64,000 nucleotides of DNA, taken from assembly GCF_030028105.1 (NCBI RefSeq), contig NC_092393.1:33457248-33521247 (forward strand), read 5' to 3'. Source of the stretch: Mobula birostris (Eukaryota). Position numbers and translations under genes: made by a program. The notes beneath the pieces were generated by a model that searched no databases, was not told the origin of the DNA, and saw only the letters and a program-made list of their open reading frames with translations. This document shows positions 50,720-63,639 of the stretch, piece after piece (the first letter of the stretch is position 1; the number at the start of each line of letters is the position of its first letter).

Positions 50720-51740
50720 TGAATTTGCTGAAGTTTAGAATAATGAGAGGTGCCTTCATTGAAATTTACAGAATGAGTGGAAACATAATGTATCTTTACC
50801 CTGGATGTGGGTTCTAAAGCCAGGGTCACAGTCTTGAGGAAAACTGAGATAAGGAGATGTTTCTCAGCATCGTGAGCCTGAGAAATTCTCTAATTCAAAG
50901 ATTGTGGATGCCAAATCACCAAATATACTTCAGAAAGAGATTAGATTATGAGGACACGCAGTCCTCTTTTATTGTCATTTAGTAATGCATGCACTAAGAA
51001 ATGATAGTGTTTTTCCAGAATGCTATCACAGAAACACATGACAAACCGGCTTAAAAACTAACAAAAACCACATAATTATAACATATAGTTACAACAGTGC
51101 AAAGCAATACTGTAATTTGATAAGAACAGACCATGGGCACAGTAAAAGTCTCAAAGTCTCTCGAAAGTCCCATCATCTCACGCAGACGGTGAACCTCCAG
51201 TGCCGCAAACTTGCCAATGCAGCATCCCAGAAGCATCCGACCACAGTCCAACTCCGAGTCCACCCGAAAACTTTGAGCCTCCAACCAGCTCTTCGACACT
51301 GAGCACCGAGCACCATCTCTGCCGTGCGCTTTGACCCCAGCCCCAGCAACAGGCAATAGGCAAAGCCGAGGATTTGGGGCTTTCCCCTCCGGAGATTCTC
51401 GATCGCACAGTAGCAGCAGCAGCAAAGTGGGCATTTCAGAAGTTTCTCCAGGTGTTCCTCCGCGCTTCTCAAGGCTGTCTCCATCAAATCCGGATTGTGC
51501 ACGGCCCTCTAGTTAACACATACGATATCAATTCAGAGCGGCCGCACGCACTGCGTCACACCGCCATCTTCTCCTCCCTCCTCATGGATAGATTTCACAA
51601 TATAAAAAGGCATCAAGATCCTTTGAGAGAGTGGGAATATGGTATTGAGATAATGAATTAGCCTTGATGCTGATCATTACCAGAGCATATTTGAAGGGCT
51701 ACAAATGGCCTACTGCTGGCTCTATATTTCTATGTGTCCT
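50720..51740 (+). mobile_element. CR1-type LINE 3' fragment split by the insertion at ~50941-51583
   Basis: agaataatgagaggtgccttcattgaaatttacag..cagaaagagat resumes as atggatagattt..gaagggctacaaatggcctactgctgg. Confidence 0.7.
50941..51583 (-). mobile_element. Young CpG-rich non-coding ~640-bp element with Rex1-like tail
   Basis: Minus-strand 5' end gaggagggaggagaagatggcgg, 3' end ..aaatgacaataaaagaggactgcgtgtcctcataatct; interrupts a CR1. Confidence 0.7.
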
Positions 51741-52164
51741 TGTTGAGTTTACTTAGTGTTTTTAATTATTTATTTTTAATGTATTAAAGTTCATTTTACT
51801 TTAATTTTTTATTATTTTCAGTGTTTCTGGATATCAGGAATGTCTAATTTCTAAAACTGATGAGTAGTGTGGACCGGTCAGCAAATACCTTTGTTGATGT
51901 TCTTCGCATTTTTCATGCCAGGAAAATCTAAGAAGAATTGGATGGAAAATGCTGCCACTTCTGACTTCCTCTGCTGCTAAATGTAGCCTGAAATTGAAAG
52001 CCTGCCATCTGGGTTGACCCATGCTTCTCATTGTTTGAGCCAGACATTTCCTCCAAAATGTTGACCAATCAGACTGCTGGTGAGCCTGTTTCCAGAGGGA
52101 ACTGTAGTTATGCTGCGGTACATCTGTCAATGTTATCTGGATTTTATAACTATGGACACCCCAT

Positions 52165-52625
52165 CACAGTGTGCAGTTTTGGTCACCTACCTACAGGAAA
52201 GATGTAAACAAAGTTGAAAATTTTCAAGGATGTTGCCGGGTCTAGAGGACCTGGGTTATAAGAAAAGATTGAATAGTTGAGGACTGCATTCGTTAGAACA
52301 TAGAAGATTGAGAGGAGATTGGTAGAGGTATGTAACATCAAGAGGGTACAGATAGGGTAAATACAACCAGGCTTTTTCCACTGAGGTTAGTTGAGACTAC
52401 AACCAGAGGTTATGGGTTACAGGTGAAAGTTGAGAAGTTTAAGGGGAACATGAGGGGAATCTTCTTCACTCAGAGGGTCATGAAAGTGTGGAATGAGCTG
52501 CCAGTACAAGTGGTGCATGCGAGCTCAATTTCAACATTTAAGAAAAATTTGGCTATTTACATGAATGGTAGGATTATGGGGAGCTAAGGTCCTGGTGCAG
52601 CTTGATGGAAATTGGCAGTTTAACA
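52165..52625 (+). mobile_element. CR1-type LINE 3' fragment (RT C-terminus)
   Basis: VQFWSPTYRKDVNK, LEHRRLRGD, RGNLFTQRVMKVWNELP. Confidence 0.9.
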
Positions 52626-52629
52626 TCTC

Positions 52630-53330
52630 CCTAAAGTTATATACTTATTATTGAAGGGAATGCCCACAGATGTACCCTGCACTGGCTGTGCATTTCTGCT
52701 TTTTTTCCTTACAGTACCAAGCTACCTGTCTCCTGCAACCTAAGGGTGACTACCTCCCTGTAGCTCCTGTCTATCACCTCCTTATTCTCCCGTATGAGTT
52801 AAAGGTCATCAAGCTCCAGCTCCAGTTCCAGTTCCAGTTCCTGATCCTTAATACGTTCTCTCAGGAGTTGCAGCTTGGTGCACCTGGTACATATGTGTTT
52901 ATCAGAGAGACTAGGGGTCTCCCAGATTCCCCACATCCCAATCACAGTACAAAATGCTGCCCCTGGAGCCATTCTCACTATACTATACACTAATAGATTA
53001 GGAATGAACAAATAAGTACAGAGAGAGAGAAACTTACAAGACAACCTACCTCTGATTGAGCCAAAGACTGGCACACAATGGCCATTCCAAGAATGGCTGT
53101 CCCACTTGCACTTGAATTATTCTTATTGGCCCTTTCGAATGAATCTCTCTTGCTGATTGGTTGCTCCTCAACTGAGAGAAACTGCTGCAAATCTCTGCCT
53201 TCAAAATCTCGATTGCCACCCTGATTTAAAAATAGCTCTTTTTATGCACCCCTGGTGTGGATCACCCAACTCAGAGAAAACTGGATCAGAAGTTCTGCTT
53301 TTTAAATCTTGAACGTGGATCTGACTGAAA
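52630..53330 (-). mobile_element. CR1 5' UTR and ORF1 N-terminus (zinc finger/leucine zipper)
   Basis: MAPGAAFCTVIGMWGIWETPSLSDKHICTRCTKLQLLRERIKDQELELELELDDL*LIRENKEVIDRSYREVVT; ATG at ~52972. Confidence 0.8.
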
Positions 53331-53936
53331 GGTAGCTCATCCCAAAGTTATGGCAGTAGGTTAAGTGGAATCTGTAGCTTGCAGTGTTGGTGAGTGGTAG
53401 GAGAATTAGGGGAGTTGATACTGAAGTAAGCTACAGGGAAGTAAGTGAGGTAATACTACAAATGGGAGTGCTAGCAGAGTCTCAATGGGCTGAAAGGCCT
53501 CCTTCCCTACCATAAGGACATATTAGATATGTGCTGAAATACAGAATATTGGACCTATGCCAGGTTTTCGTAAGGCCACAGGAGAGCAACTTTTTTCAAG
53601 GCACCACATGATAAATAGCATTTACACAACGAGCTGCCAGGAGGAAGATTTCAATGATCTTAAAATCATCATTACACTAAATGGTCTAATGTTAAAAATG
53701 AATATTGACATGGCTTTGGTATGCTCAGTAATGATGCGTAGAAGCAGATACTCAGCAATATAAACTGACTAGTAGGCTTTGGGCAAAATAATTTGCATGG
53801 TTCTGAGTTATGGCAAGAAGATTGTAGACAACACAATGACCAACACGCCTGGGCAAAGATTGGTTATAGGTGCTTCACTTCAACTCGGCAGGAATCGGTT
53901 GTTTAAGTATTGCACAATCAAGGCCGAACAAATTAT

Positions 53937-53986
53937 AAATACGAGAAAGTCTGCAGACGCTGGAGATCAAAAGCAACACACACAAA
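53937..53986 (-). mobile_element. Isolated PLE 3' tail (~50 bp)
   Basis: aaatacgagaaagtctgcagacgctggagatcaaaagcaacacacacaaa matches the reverse complement of the PLE ends at ~33270-33319. Confidence 0.7.
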
Positions 53987-55924
53987 TTATAAGCCTTGTT
54001 TAATAATCCATACAGTGATCTTTTAGGTACAAAGTCCTCATCTAAATCCACTAAGGTGCCAAGGATATCCACTGTCAGCTTAGGTCAAAAGGGGCTATGA
54101 AATCTGGGACATACAGAGTGCTGGTTAAGGTCCCAAATAGTGTGTGGGCAAGCACACTTATTGTAGTCCTATAGTCAGACAAAATGGTGTCAGAAAAAAA
54201 ACTTGGTCATCAACAATATCAAGTGCATACATCATAGAATACATATGAAGCATTGTTTACATTAATGTTCCTCCTGCACTCCAGAGAATAGTACCAGAAG
54301 GACCCAACACACACAGCTTTTTCCACTGAGCAAGGTTTGGGAGTGAACCAATGTGGGAAAAGTGAGAGTATTGGAAGGGTGAGAAGGTAGGTCATTGACG
54401 ATAAAGGGAGGTTGGAAATTATCAGTGAAGTAATTAAATACTTGCACCTGACCGCAACTCAGGTAAGATCAGACCCTTTTCTATTTGCTGCCACTGCCTC
54501 TGCTCAACAGTTGCAATTTGAAACAGGAGTTATATACATGTATGTCCCACATATAAGTTCTTGGTGCATTGCTGATGGCTTTCCCAAATAGAAATTATCA
54601 TGAAGTACGCAGAAATGCTACATTATACAAAATAAATCACACAGCTAGTGATAAAGTGAACTTGCTGTTTAGAAGTATAATGGAATTATTCAATCAGGGT
54701 TTTCTAAAGAAAATTAGATAGAAATCTGAGAACAACTTACAAAGGGGAGGAAGCAAATATACTTTGCTGCAGGGAGTCAGGATGTCCTCTGTGGTTTGAC
54801 TGGCCTACTTCTGCGCTGTAAATATTCTGATTCAATAGGCTAAGTGCTCTCATTAAGTGGTAATGACAACTTTGGTTAAGTTAGATGGGCTGATGCGTTA
54901 GAATATATCGGGTTGAAATTAAGATTTAGAGATAGATCCTGCTGTACATCGAAACTTGATTCAACTAATTCCTAACCTGGTGGATGATTCCTATAACTGA
55001 AAACAATACATGCTCAAAAAACTTACAAAGTTCAGAAGTGTATGAATTTGAATTTTTGTATTAACTCAACTGCTTTATTCAGTCAAAATATTATAGATGG
55101 GAGGGGAGCCTAACTTGAGATGATGATAATTATATCAAGGCTCCTGGAGCAACACCAAAAATAGAAATTTAGATTACCTTCAGAATGCTTCCTATGGACA
55201 CTAACATTGGAATCAACTTGGACAAAGAAAGGAAGTGATCGGTGGACACTCAAAAGCTGCACCAGGATACAGCGTTAAATTATTTACTGTCATTCTGTGG
55301 GTTGTCAAGGTCCGCAGGGCAATTATTTTCCCTTATGATGACAGGAAGAAGATGACACCAAGATGTGGCAGAAGGTTGGCATAGTAACCAGCAGCTGGAA
55401 AGTGGAATCAGTGTCATTATTTAATTATCTCATCAAATCAAGTAAGGTGAGTGCTGTGACACATCCATCTGCATCCTAATGTTTGAATTACTCTTATCCT
55501 GTCAGTCTTCACTTGGTATCTCACCCATCCTTCCTTACACATACATCTGACCAGCCACTGCAGCATTCACAATATCTTAATGCACCGCCATATCTCTTCC
55601 TCATTGTAACTATTAAACATTAACTTTGTGCATCCATTTGACAGGTCACTCCTCCCACTCATTGGCCTTTTTTCTCAATTGTAAGAGGATAGCAGTGAAA
55701 ACTTAATTTTACTCAGAGCAGTGAAAACTTAGCTGCACTAAGAATTAGTACATAGTTTACAAGCGATATACAGTATATCGCTTTGTCACAAACCCTCAAC
55801 AGGAAGAATTTTCAGCAAGAGCAACAAAAGAGGTTAAAGATCGCATTAGATCAAAAGCAAAGGCTTACAATGCTGCAGTTGGAGTAAGTCTGAGGACTGA
55901 GAAAAAAAAGAATTTCTGCAAGGG

Positions 55925-57010
55925 AATTGCCACTTCACCCGTGAGATGCCTTTCTGGAGATTGTAGCTGGGCTTCTCGTAAGTTCCTTGGTCACCAGATT
56001 TGAATGCCTCCGATCTGGTTCTCTGCAGATTGAAGATATCACGGTTCATCCAAGGCTTCTGAGAGGGAAGACTCTGAATGATTTTGTGGGAATTCACTCA
56101 TCTACAACTGTTTTAATAATGTCTATGACAACCATGGTGCATTAAATTAGATCCACAAATGAGTCCTTGTACACGGTCCAGCCCACTGACTCAAAGCAAT
56201 CCCACAGCTGCTCCTCTGCCTCCCGCTACTACCTTTTTGTTGTCCTCATCTCTGGAGCTTTGCTCTTTAGCCTCTGCCTGTATGCAGGTAGAAGGAGGAC
56301 AGTCAAGTGAACTGATTTACCAAAATACAGTCTCGGTATGGAATGGTCGGCATTCCTTATCTTAATATAAGAGTGGTCTAGTGTGTTTGGACCTCTAGTG
56401 CTACAGGTTATGTGCTGATGGAAATCGGGCAGGGTTTTCTTCAAACAATCCTGTTGAAGTCCCTGACTATGATTTGAAATGCATTGGGATAGACTGTTTC
56501 TTGTCTGATGATGGCATCATGCAGTATATCAAACACTTGATTATCATCAGCTACTGGTGGTATGTAAACTGCAGTCAGGATTATGGAGGAGAACTTTCTA
56601 GGTAAATAGAATGGATGGCTTGTCCATTAGGTGTTCAAGATCGGGGGAACACAAGTTCGAAAAAACCACCACATTGGAGCAGAACCAAATTTTATCATGA
56701 AACACATACCTCCACCTTTTGTCTTTTCTGGGTCAGCAGTTAAGTCCATTTGGTAAATTGAGAAGTCTTCCTGTTTGACCACTGTATCTGGCATGCTGGG
56801 AGACAGCCAAGCTTCATTCGGACATAGAGTACAGCAGTTCCTCATTTCCTTCCTATACAGCAATCTTGCTTTGAGGTATTCAGTTTTGTTCTCCAGCGAC
56901 TACAAACTTGCTGACAAGAATCTGGGTAGACGGCCTCATCCCTCTGCATTTCGACCTGGCTTGGAATACCCCCCCTCCACCTGCCTTGCTTCTGGCCATG
57001 GCAACCAATA
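55925..57010 (-). mobile_element. Rex1/Babar LINE 5' part (APE endonuclease)
   Basis: KTKGGGMCFMI, HQHITCSTRGPNTLDH, FGKSVHLTVLLLPAYRQRLK, QKPWMN. Confidence 0.85.
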
Positions 57011-57014
57011 TTCA

Positions 57015-57620
57015 AGAGGATATCTGAAGACGCTGGAAATCCAAGCAACACACACAAAATGCTGGAGGAACTCAGCAGGCAAGGCAGCATCTATGGAAAA
57101 GAGTACAATCAACGTTTTGGGCCAGGACCCTTTGGCAAGACTGGAGAAAAAAAGCTGAGGAGTAGACTTAAAAGGTGGGGGGAGGGGAGAGAGAAACACA
57201 AGGTGAAAGGTGAAACCTGAAAGGGGAAAGATGAAGTAAAGAGCTGGAGAAGGCAGAGTCTGACAGAGGAGGAAAGAAGGCCATGGAAGAAAGAAAAGAG
57301 GAGAGGAGCACTAGAGGGAGGTGATGGGCGATCAAGGAGATAAGTTGAGAAGGGAAAAAGGGGATGGAGAATGGTGGCGGGGGGGAGAATTTCGAGAAAT
57401 CGATGTTCATGCCATTAGGTTGGAGGCTACCCAGACAGAAATAAGGTGTTGTTCCTCCAACCTAAGTGTGGCCTCATCACAACAATGGAGGGGGCCATGT
57501 ATAGACATATCAGAATGGGAATGGGAAGTGGAATTAAAATGAGTGGCCACAGCGAGATCCGGCCTTTTCTGGCAGACGGAACGTAGGTGCTTGGCGAAGC
57601 GGTCTCCCAATCTACGTCGG
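57015..57620 (-). mobile_element. Neptune-type PLE 3' fragment (diverged subfamily) with decayed hammerhead at 57107-57142
   Basis: GDRFAKHLRSVCQK..RLEEQHLI; reverse complement agtc TTGCCAA agggtcctggccc AAAA cgtt gatt. Confidence 0.9.
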
Positions 57621-57970
57621 CAAATTAATTAAAATGGAATTGGACACTGGTTCAGCTGTTTCAGTCATTCCACAAAATGAGTTTGAGTGGTATTTAAAAC
57701 ATACTGAACTGAAGCTTACAAATATCCAACTAGGAACTTATACTGAAGAAAAGTTAAATCCTGTAGGAATGACATTTGTAACAGTGAAATACAACCAGCA
57801 AACTTTGTATGTGGCAAAAACAGGAGGGCCAGCATTACTGGGATGTGAGTGTCTGAAACAACTACAACTTGATTGGAGATCCATCCACCATTTGCGTGCC
57901 ACATCCGCTGCAATAGAGTCAACTGAAAGTGAATTAGGATAGGGACTGGATGATGCCACAACTGTCTTCA
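57620..57970 (+). mobile_element. Gypsy-type aspartic protease fragment
   Basis: MELDTGSAVSVIP (DTG catalytic motif) ... GGPALLGCECLKQLQLDW. Confidence 0.85.
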
Positions 57971-60900
57971 TGCGGTACACCATGAACTGTTGCCCAACAG
58001 AGGGCAAACAGGTGTTGGTGCCAACCTCCGTGCCTCTGGTTGGAAAGCATATTTGACCAAGGAGGGACCATGCTACTCAGAGGAATCGTAATAGTGACCA
58101 AAGCAGTGGTCCATTAGCTTTTGTAGGCAACATATCTGAGAAGGCTTCTAATATGCTAATCAATCAGTTACTTGAGAAATATGGCTTGGTTTTAAACTGG
58201 AAGAGAGTTCAAGGAGCTTCAGGAAAAAGGATGTAATATTTTCCCGGCATATATGACGTATAAACTCTTTTCAGGCTTTCAGCCAAGTCCAGGTATCATT
58301 TTAACTGACATTTATAATTTATAGGCCTCACGTCTAGTAAAATAGAAAGTTAGACTTGCTTTGCAGACTGTCTTGTTTTTAGTTTCTTAGTTTTATGATT
58401 CAAACTTACAAAACATAACATGAAACATATAAAATCTTGATCAGGTTTGAGAGAGAGGATGCAGAGTTGATGTTGCCCTTGGCAAGGATGTCTGGAACTA
58501 GAAGCCATACTATCAGAATAAAAAGTTGCCATTAAGGACAGAGATGCAATGAAATTTCTCCACACAGAAAACAGTGAATTTAAAATGGTCTGTGGAGGAC
58601 AATTTCTAGATATTAAACAGATCAAGGGTTAGTGCAAGAAAGTCATATGAGATAGTCTATGTTCTTAGTTGATGGCAGAGCAGGCACTGAGGCAAAATGA
58701 CTTCTATTTATATTTTTACAACTTCGAATTACGTTTGTAACATTAGAGCTGGGAGGTAACAAGAGATAACTTCCCATGATATCACTGTGGAAGTGACAAC
58801 CCTGGAGATCATTGGCATGATGCATTATCCGAGGTCTGGAATTCTCACAGCTACCCAAAAGCAGAATTTTACTACTCTGTGTCCATTTATCCTGTGCTTC
58901 ATGACGGTCTTTAAAAATTACCTTGATAGTTCTATTCATGTTTTAAATCTGCTGCAGGGCTTTCACCTAATATAACACACAGCAGGGAGAAACTATATTC
59001 TCCTAAGTGTAGTTCCCCCTCTCTGAAAAGGCTCACAAAAATTTCCACCACACCAACTCTGATACTCATTTCAGTTGGATTAGTAACGTGAACAGTGAAG
59101 ACAAGGACAGAATCGAGAAATCTTCAGTGAAGAGCAAAGCACAATCTGCTTTGCACATACTAAGCTTGGCTCTGCTGAACATCTACCATGCCCCAGGGAC
59201 AGCCTAGAAACAAGATACTTCTGGATGAGCAGCAGAAAAAACTGTGTTTAGGTGGTCGCAGACTTTTCAGCTAAACAATGCATGCTATTGCTTAGCTGAA
59301 AATCTAGAGGAATTAAGGAGCCTGATATCGGAGAGCTGTGATTACATGATTCTCCTTGGAATGTGAGGCCACCTACAAAGAGCTTCAAACATAGTAATCA
59401 AATGAGAGTCACCTGGAGCTTTTGCACTATAAGTGTTACCACTGTACTTTGCATCAGGTGAAGGCTCTATAGCAGGCTAAAGCCATGAATTAGAGCTGTC
59501 AGTAAGCACAGTAGAATTGGTTGTAGACAAGTGAGGTTCTGTACATACTGTATGTAGTGTAGTTGGAAGATGAATACTGGATATTCAAGCTTTGACTGTT
59601 CAATACCAGGCTGACACAAATTGTTCAGTAGCAAATTGCAAATAGGGAAGAGAAAAGGGACGTAAAGGTGGATAATCAGGGATTTAATTAAAGTTCTTTT
59701 CCCCCAATGCATTCTCCCATTCACCTTCATTCAATACCCCACAAGCAGCTGAGAGATCTGATTCTGCCTCTTCATAGGTGTAGGTATAATAGAGTACAAT
59801 TATGGAAGGGCTTGTATGCCTACAAACAATGTCAAACAAGAGCATCTCAGTCATTAGACCAAAAACTATGAGCAACTTGCCTTTTCTCTGAGGAAGTTAC
59901 AAAAGTTCACCCTGGAGGAACTGTAGGAAGAGGAAGAGGCAACATTTGTCATAAAAATAGCAAATGTTGGGAATATCCAATGAATCAGGGAGTGTCAATA
60001 GAAAAAACCCAAGTTAGCATTTCAGGAGACAGGCTTTCATTGAGATTTTCCCTTGCTCCCTGCCTAGAGTGTCAGCTATCTTGGATTGCAGAGATTTTTC
60101 CATTGTCATACTGAGTACAGTCTTTCACCCAGAGGTCCCAGTTCAATGGTCTGTGGTGTAATATATTAGAGTGGCCACAATATGAAAGTGTCAGTCATTG
60201 GCCACAATATGAAAAGCCTTAATTAGAGGTTAGACCCCAGCACTGGGTGCACCAGCTGTCAAAGTTGCCCTTTATATGACAAACGTTCATAGCACCTGCC
60301 AAATACTTTTTTTAAAAAGCAATATTTAAAAAATAAACCTTTTTGTACATCAAGGATGGAAAACCTCAGACACAGAACAGTTAAAGAAACTGACTTAAAT
60401 CAAAGGTCTACATTGTTTTCCTAACAACCACATGTTCCCTTTGATTTTGATGAGAGTGCTGTAACTGGGCAAACTCCAAACTTCTAAATTCCAAACTTCC
60501 CAAGAGCTAGAAGGTTTGCCGAAGTTTGTACTTCCCTCTTGTGCACCTGCAGCACTGCTGAAGTTGCTGATCTCGGGCTTAACCCAACACCAGGATGTCC
60601 ACAGAGGAACATGGGTAAGTCTGGCTGGCTCCTGTTTAGTTCCTTTGGGACTGAAATTAACGGTGTTTATTCACATGATCCTCTATTTTAGGGTATTAGT
60701 GTATTTTAGGTTGTGCAAAATAAGGAGATTATGGACTAATGGTGGGATAGTCAGGAGCAGAGAAGTTATAGATGGATGACAAGATATTACTGGCTATTTG
60801 CAGGGTTGATTTTTTGAAGGGTGCAAAGGGAAAAGTCTAAGCAACAGATTGTGGAAAAGACAAAGGCTAAATTAATTCTGATGTAATGAGGACATTCTGA

Positions 60901-62889
60901 GCATTCCCAACAGCAATATCCTTTGACACTACCTGCTACATCTTCCTCCTCCTCTGCTTTTCCTTCCTCCCCTTTCCTCTGTTACCTTCGGCAGTGTCAT
61001 TGTCTTCTGTATGTCATGGTGTTGTAGAGAGCACTGGATGACCAACACTATTATTGTTCTACCTGGAACATTGAGAAAGGTACCTCTAGTGTGGTCACGT
61101 TACCCAAAGTGTACTTTCATTATGTTTGAGGCTTGTCTTAATGGCAATTTGTGACCCAGTGTCTTTTTATATCGCACTTCTGGGCTTTCTCAGTTTTACT
61201 TCATTGGGGTCATCAGCCATGTTTTCAGCGGTGCCTTTGAGATTTGACAACATGATGGAAGAATAAGTAAGTCACAGCACTGAAACTTATGTACATTTGG
61301 AGGAAGATGCTCTAGTTACATATAGTGTGAATTTTAAATGATCTGAATTCTCTCCAGCTAATGAACACAACTGAGAATACTTTGAACATCACTTGCAGTC
61401 AGCCAACTAAGGTATTTGCAATGGAAATAAACCTCCAGTATTGGATCTAATGGGCAGTCAAATGAATGCCACCCACTCAGTAGTACTGCAGGGGGTGAAT
61501 TTCTACCCCTGTATGTATAATTTGTGTGTAAGAATAATTAATATATATGTTAAATTATGCTCTGTTGGTATAAACCAATTTCTTTTGTTTCATACTTTCT
61601 TTGTATTTCCATCTTTTTTTCATTATTAGTGATCTCTGACTGAGAAAGGCATTGAACTGGATGAATTACAAAATAATGGCATCTTGCACTAATAATTGGC
61701 ATTGCCTGCATTGTATTTTACATCAATCAAATGCATTGTGGTTAATGGTATTTGAAACTATGAGAAGATTACACACAGAAATTGCATATCCAGGAAAAGG
61801 TGCTGTTGCTAGAAGTAGTTGGGACTATACTAATGTTTGATCTATATAGCAAATGCTTTTTGCATTTTGTTAATAATTCAGATATTGAAAGTAGTTTCCC
61901 TTTCATCTCCCCGTACTACATCCACTGATGCTGAAATTATTGCCATTGATCAATAGCTGTAATGTACCTGTTTTGATGTTTTCCTTGATTCTCAGGGTTA
62001 TATTCTCCACTGCTCAAACAGTGCTGTTCATTCTGTATTTGCCATTACAAGTCAGACTAAGCTGATCTCCCAGTCCCAGATGGATCTTTCTTTTTCAAAT
62101 ACTTGAAAATATATTCTAACTCAAGATTTCTTAAAAGATTTGACTAAAATTTCAGCAGACAAAGACATAAACTTGCATTGAATCATTCACAAGGAGCCAC
62201 TAATTTTTGGCTGAAGAACATATTTTATCCCCGTATTTGAAAACAAACATCGAACTGTTTACGTCATGGACTTCGCATCCAACTAACGTTCTTGTAGTTC
62301 TTTTGATTATGATAGCTCTACATATCCAAAATCAGTAGAAATAAAGTTAAGTTGTCCAAGAGTTAATCAGAAATGCTCTACCTTAAGTGACTCCAACTTT
62401 CAAATGTGGGATTAATATGCACCTATTTCATCCGAATCTTCATTCTGACAATCCATTTTCTAAACAGCATTTTAGCTATGCTGTCTGAATTTTTATCTGT
62501 CTTGGCAGTCATTAGGCTGATGTTTGCCTGTAGGCATTTCTCTATCAATGTAAGCTGCCTTTCGTTACTTCTAAAGTCAGTGTTTAGGACTGCCTCATCA
62601 ACACTCGTCCTAATGCTCCCTGTTGTTAATCTCCTTCCTTTAACTTAATGATACACATAACTGAGTGAGCCGACCAACTGAGTAATGAATTCCCTTACAG
62701 AATTATCATATGTTTTGAATTCTTATACCATATATTGTATAAACGTACTTGTAGGTTTGTTGAACAAATCTTCTGGATCTTACAGGGAAATTCTCAAATT
62801 CTACATACTAAATCCTCATTATATCTTATAAAACAAATAGGTTCAGGTAATCTTTTTCAAAAAATGATTTTATAATGCCATTGTACAGC

Positions 62890-63285
62890 ATGCCACAGAG
62901 GTGTAGTGGTTACTGTGACAATATTGCAGCTTAAGGCGTTCCAGAGTTTGAAATTCAATTCTGCCAATACCTGTAAAGAGTTTATACTTTCTCTATGTGA
63001 ACTGCATGGGTTTCCTCCGGGTGCTCTGGTTTCCTCCCAAAGCCCAAAGACGTTCCAGTTAGTGACAACCGTAAGGAGTTTATACTTTCTCCATTTTCTC
63101 CATATGAACTGCATGGGTTTCCTGCGGATGCTCTGAGTTATCCCACAGCCCAAAGGCGTACCAGTCAGTAGATTAATTGATCATTGTAAATTGTCCTGTG
63201 ATTAAGCTGGTATTAAATAGGTAGGTTTCCAGGCTGGAAGAGCCTATTCTGTGCTGTGCCTCAAAACAAAAATAAATAAATAAAT
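62890..63285 (+). mobile_element. tRNA-derived V-SINE (HE1-like) with tandemly duplicated V-domain
   Basis: A-box-like gtgtagtggt (62901), degenerate B-box (~62950), V-domain at 63008-63039 and again at 63115-63145, (aaat)n tail. Confidence 0.85.
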
Positions 63286-63309
63286 ACACTGGACTTTATG
63301 GTGATCATT

Positions 63310-63625
63310 AAACCAAAATGATCAGAATCAAATTTATTATCATAGACATACTATAAATCATGAAATTTGCTGTATGTGGCAGCATCATAGTACAATAAAA
63401 AATATTATAATTACAATAAGAATCTATTTTAAAAAGTACAAAAAGAGAGAAAAACAGTGGTTTCATGTACCATTCAGATATATGATTGTGGAGAGGAAGA
63501 AACTGTTCCTGGAATATTGAGTGTGCATCTTCAAGCTCCTGTTCCTCCACATTGATGGTAGTGATAAAAAAAACAGCTGGTTCTGAATGGTGAGGAGCTC
63601 TTCATGATGGATGCTGCCCTTTTCA
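63310..63625 (-). mobile_element. Rex1/Babar LINE 3' end
   Basis: atcagaatcaaatttattatc..gaagaaactgttcctggaatattgagtgtgcatcttcaagctcctg. Confidence 0.8.
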
Positions 63626-63639
63626 GTTATTCCCTTTTA

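Noticed and set aside
51834-52130. 98-aa minus ORF and similar 60-100 aa ORFs in unique regions
   Set aside because: No motifs, and length and composition are consistent with random ORFs.
55691-55731. Direct repeat agcagtgaaaactta x2 (also tggccacaatatgaaa x2 at ~60172-60213)
   Set aside because: Only two units with short spacers; local duplications, not CRISPR or satellite arrays.
57634-57942. Domesticated retroviral-like aspartic protease gene
   Set aside because: Abuts transposon sequence with no promoter or splice context and ends in a premature-looking stop; treated as a Gypsy fragment.
60510-60620. Possible host exon ending at a GTAAGT donor (60615)
   Set aside because: No convincing acceptor and no recognisable protein in any frame.
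62890-62970. tRNA-like head
   Set aside because: Degenerate boxes, no cloverleaf, directly followed by a V-domain: a SINE head, not a tRNA gene.
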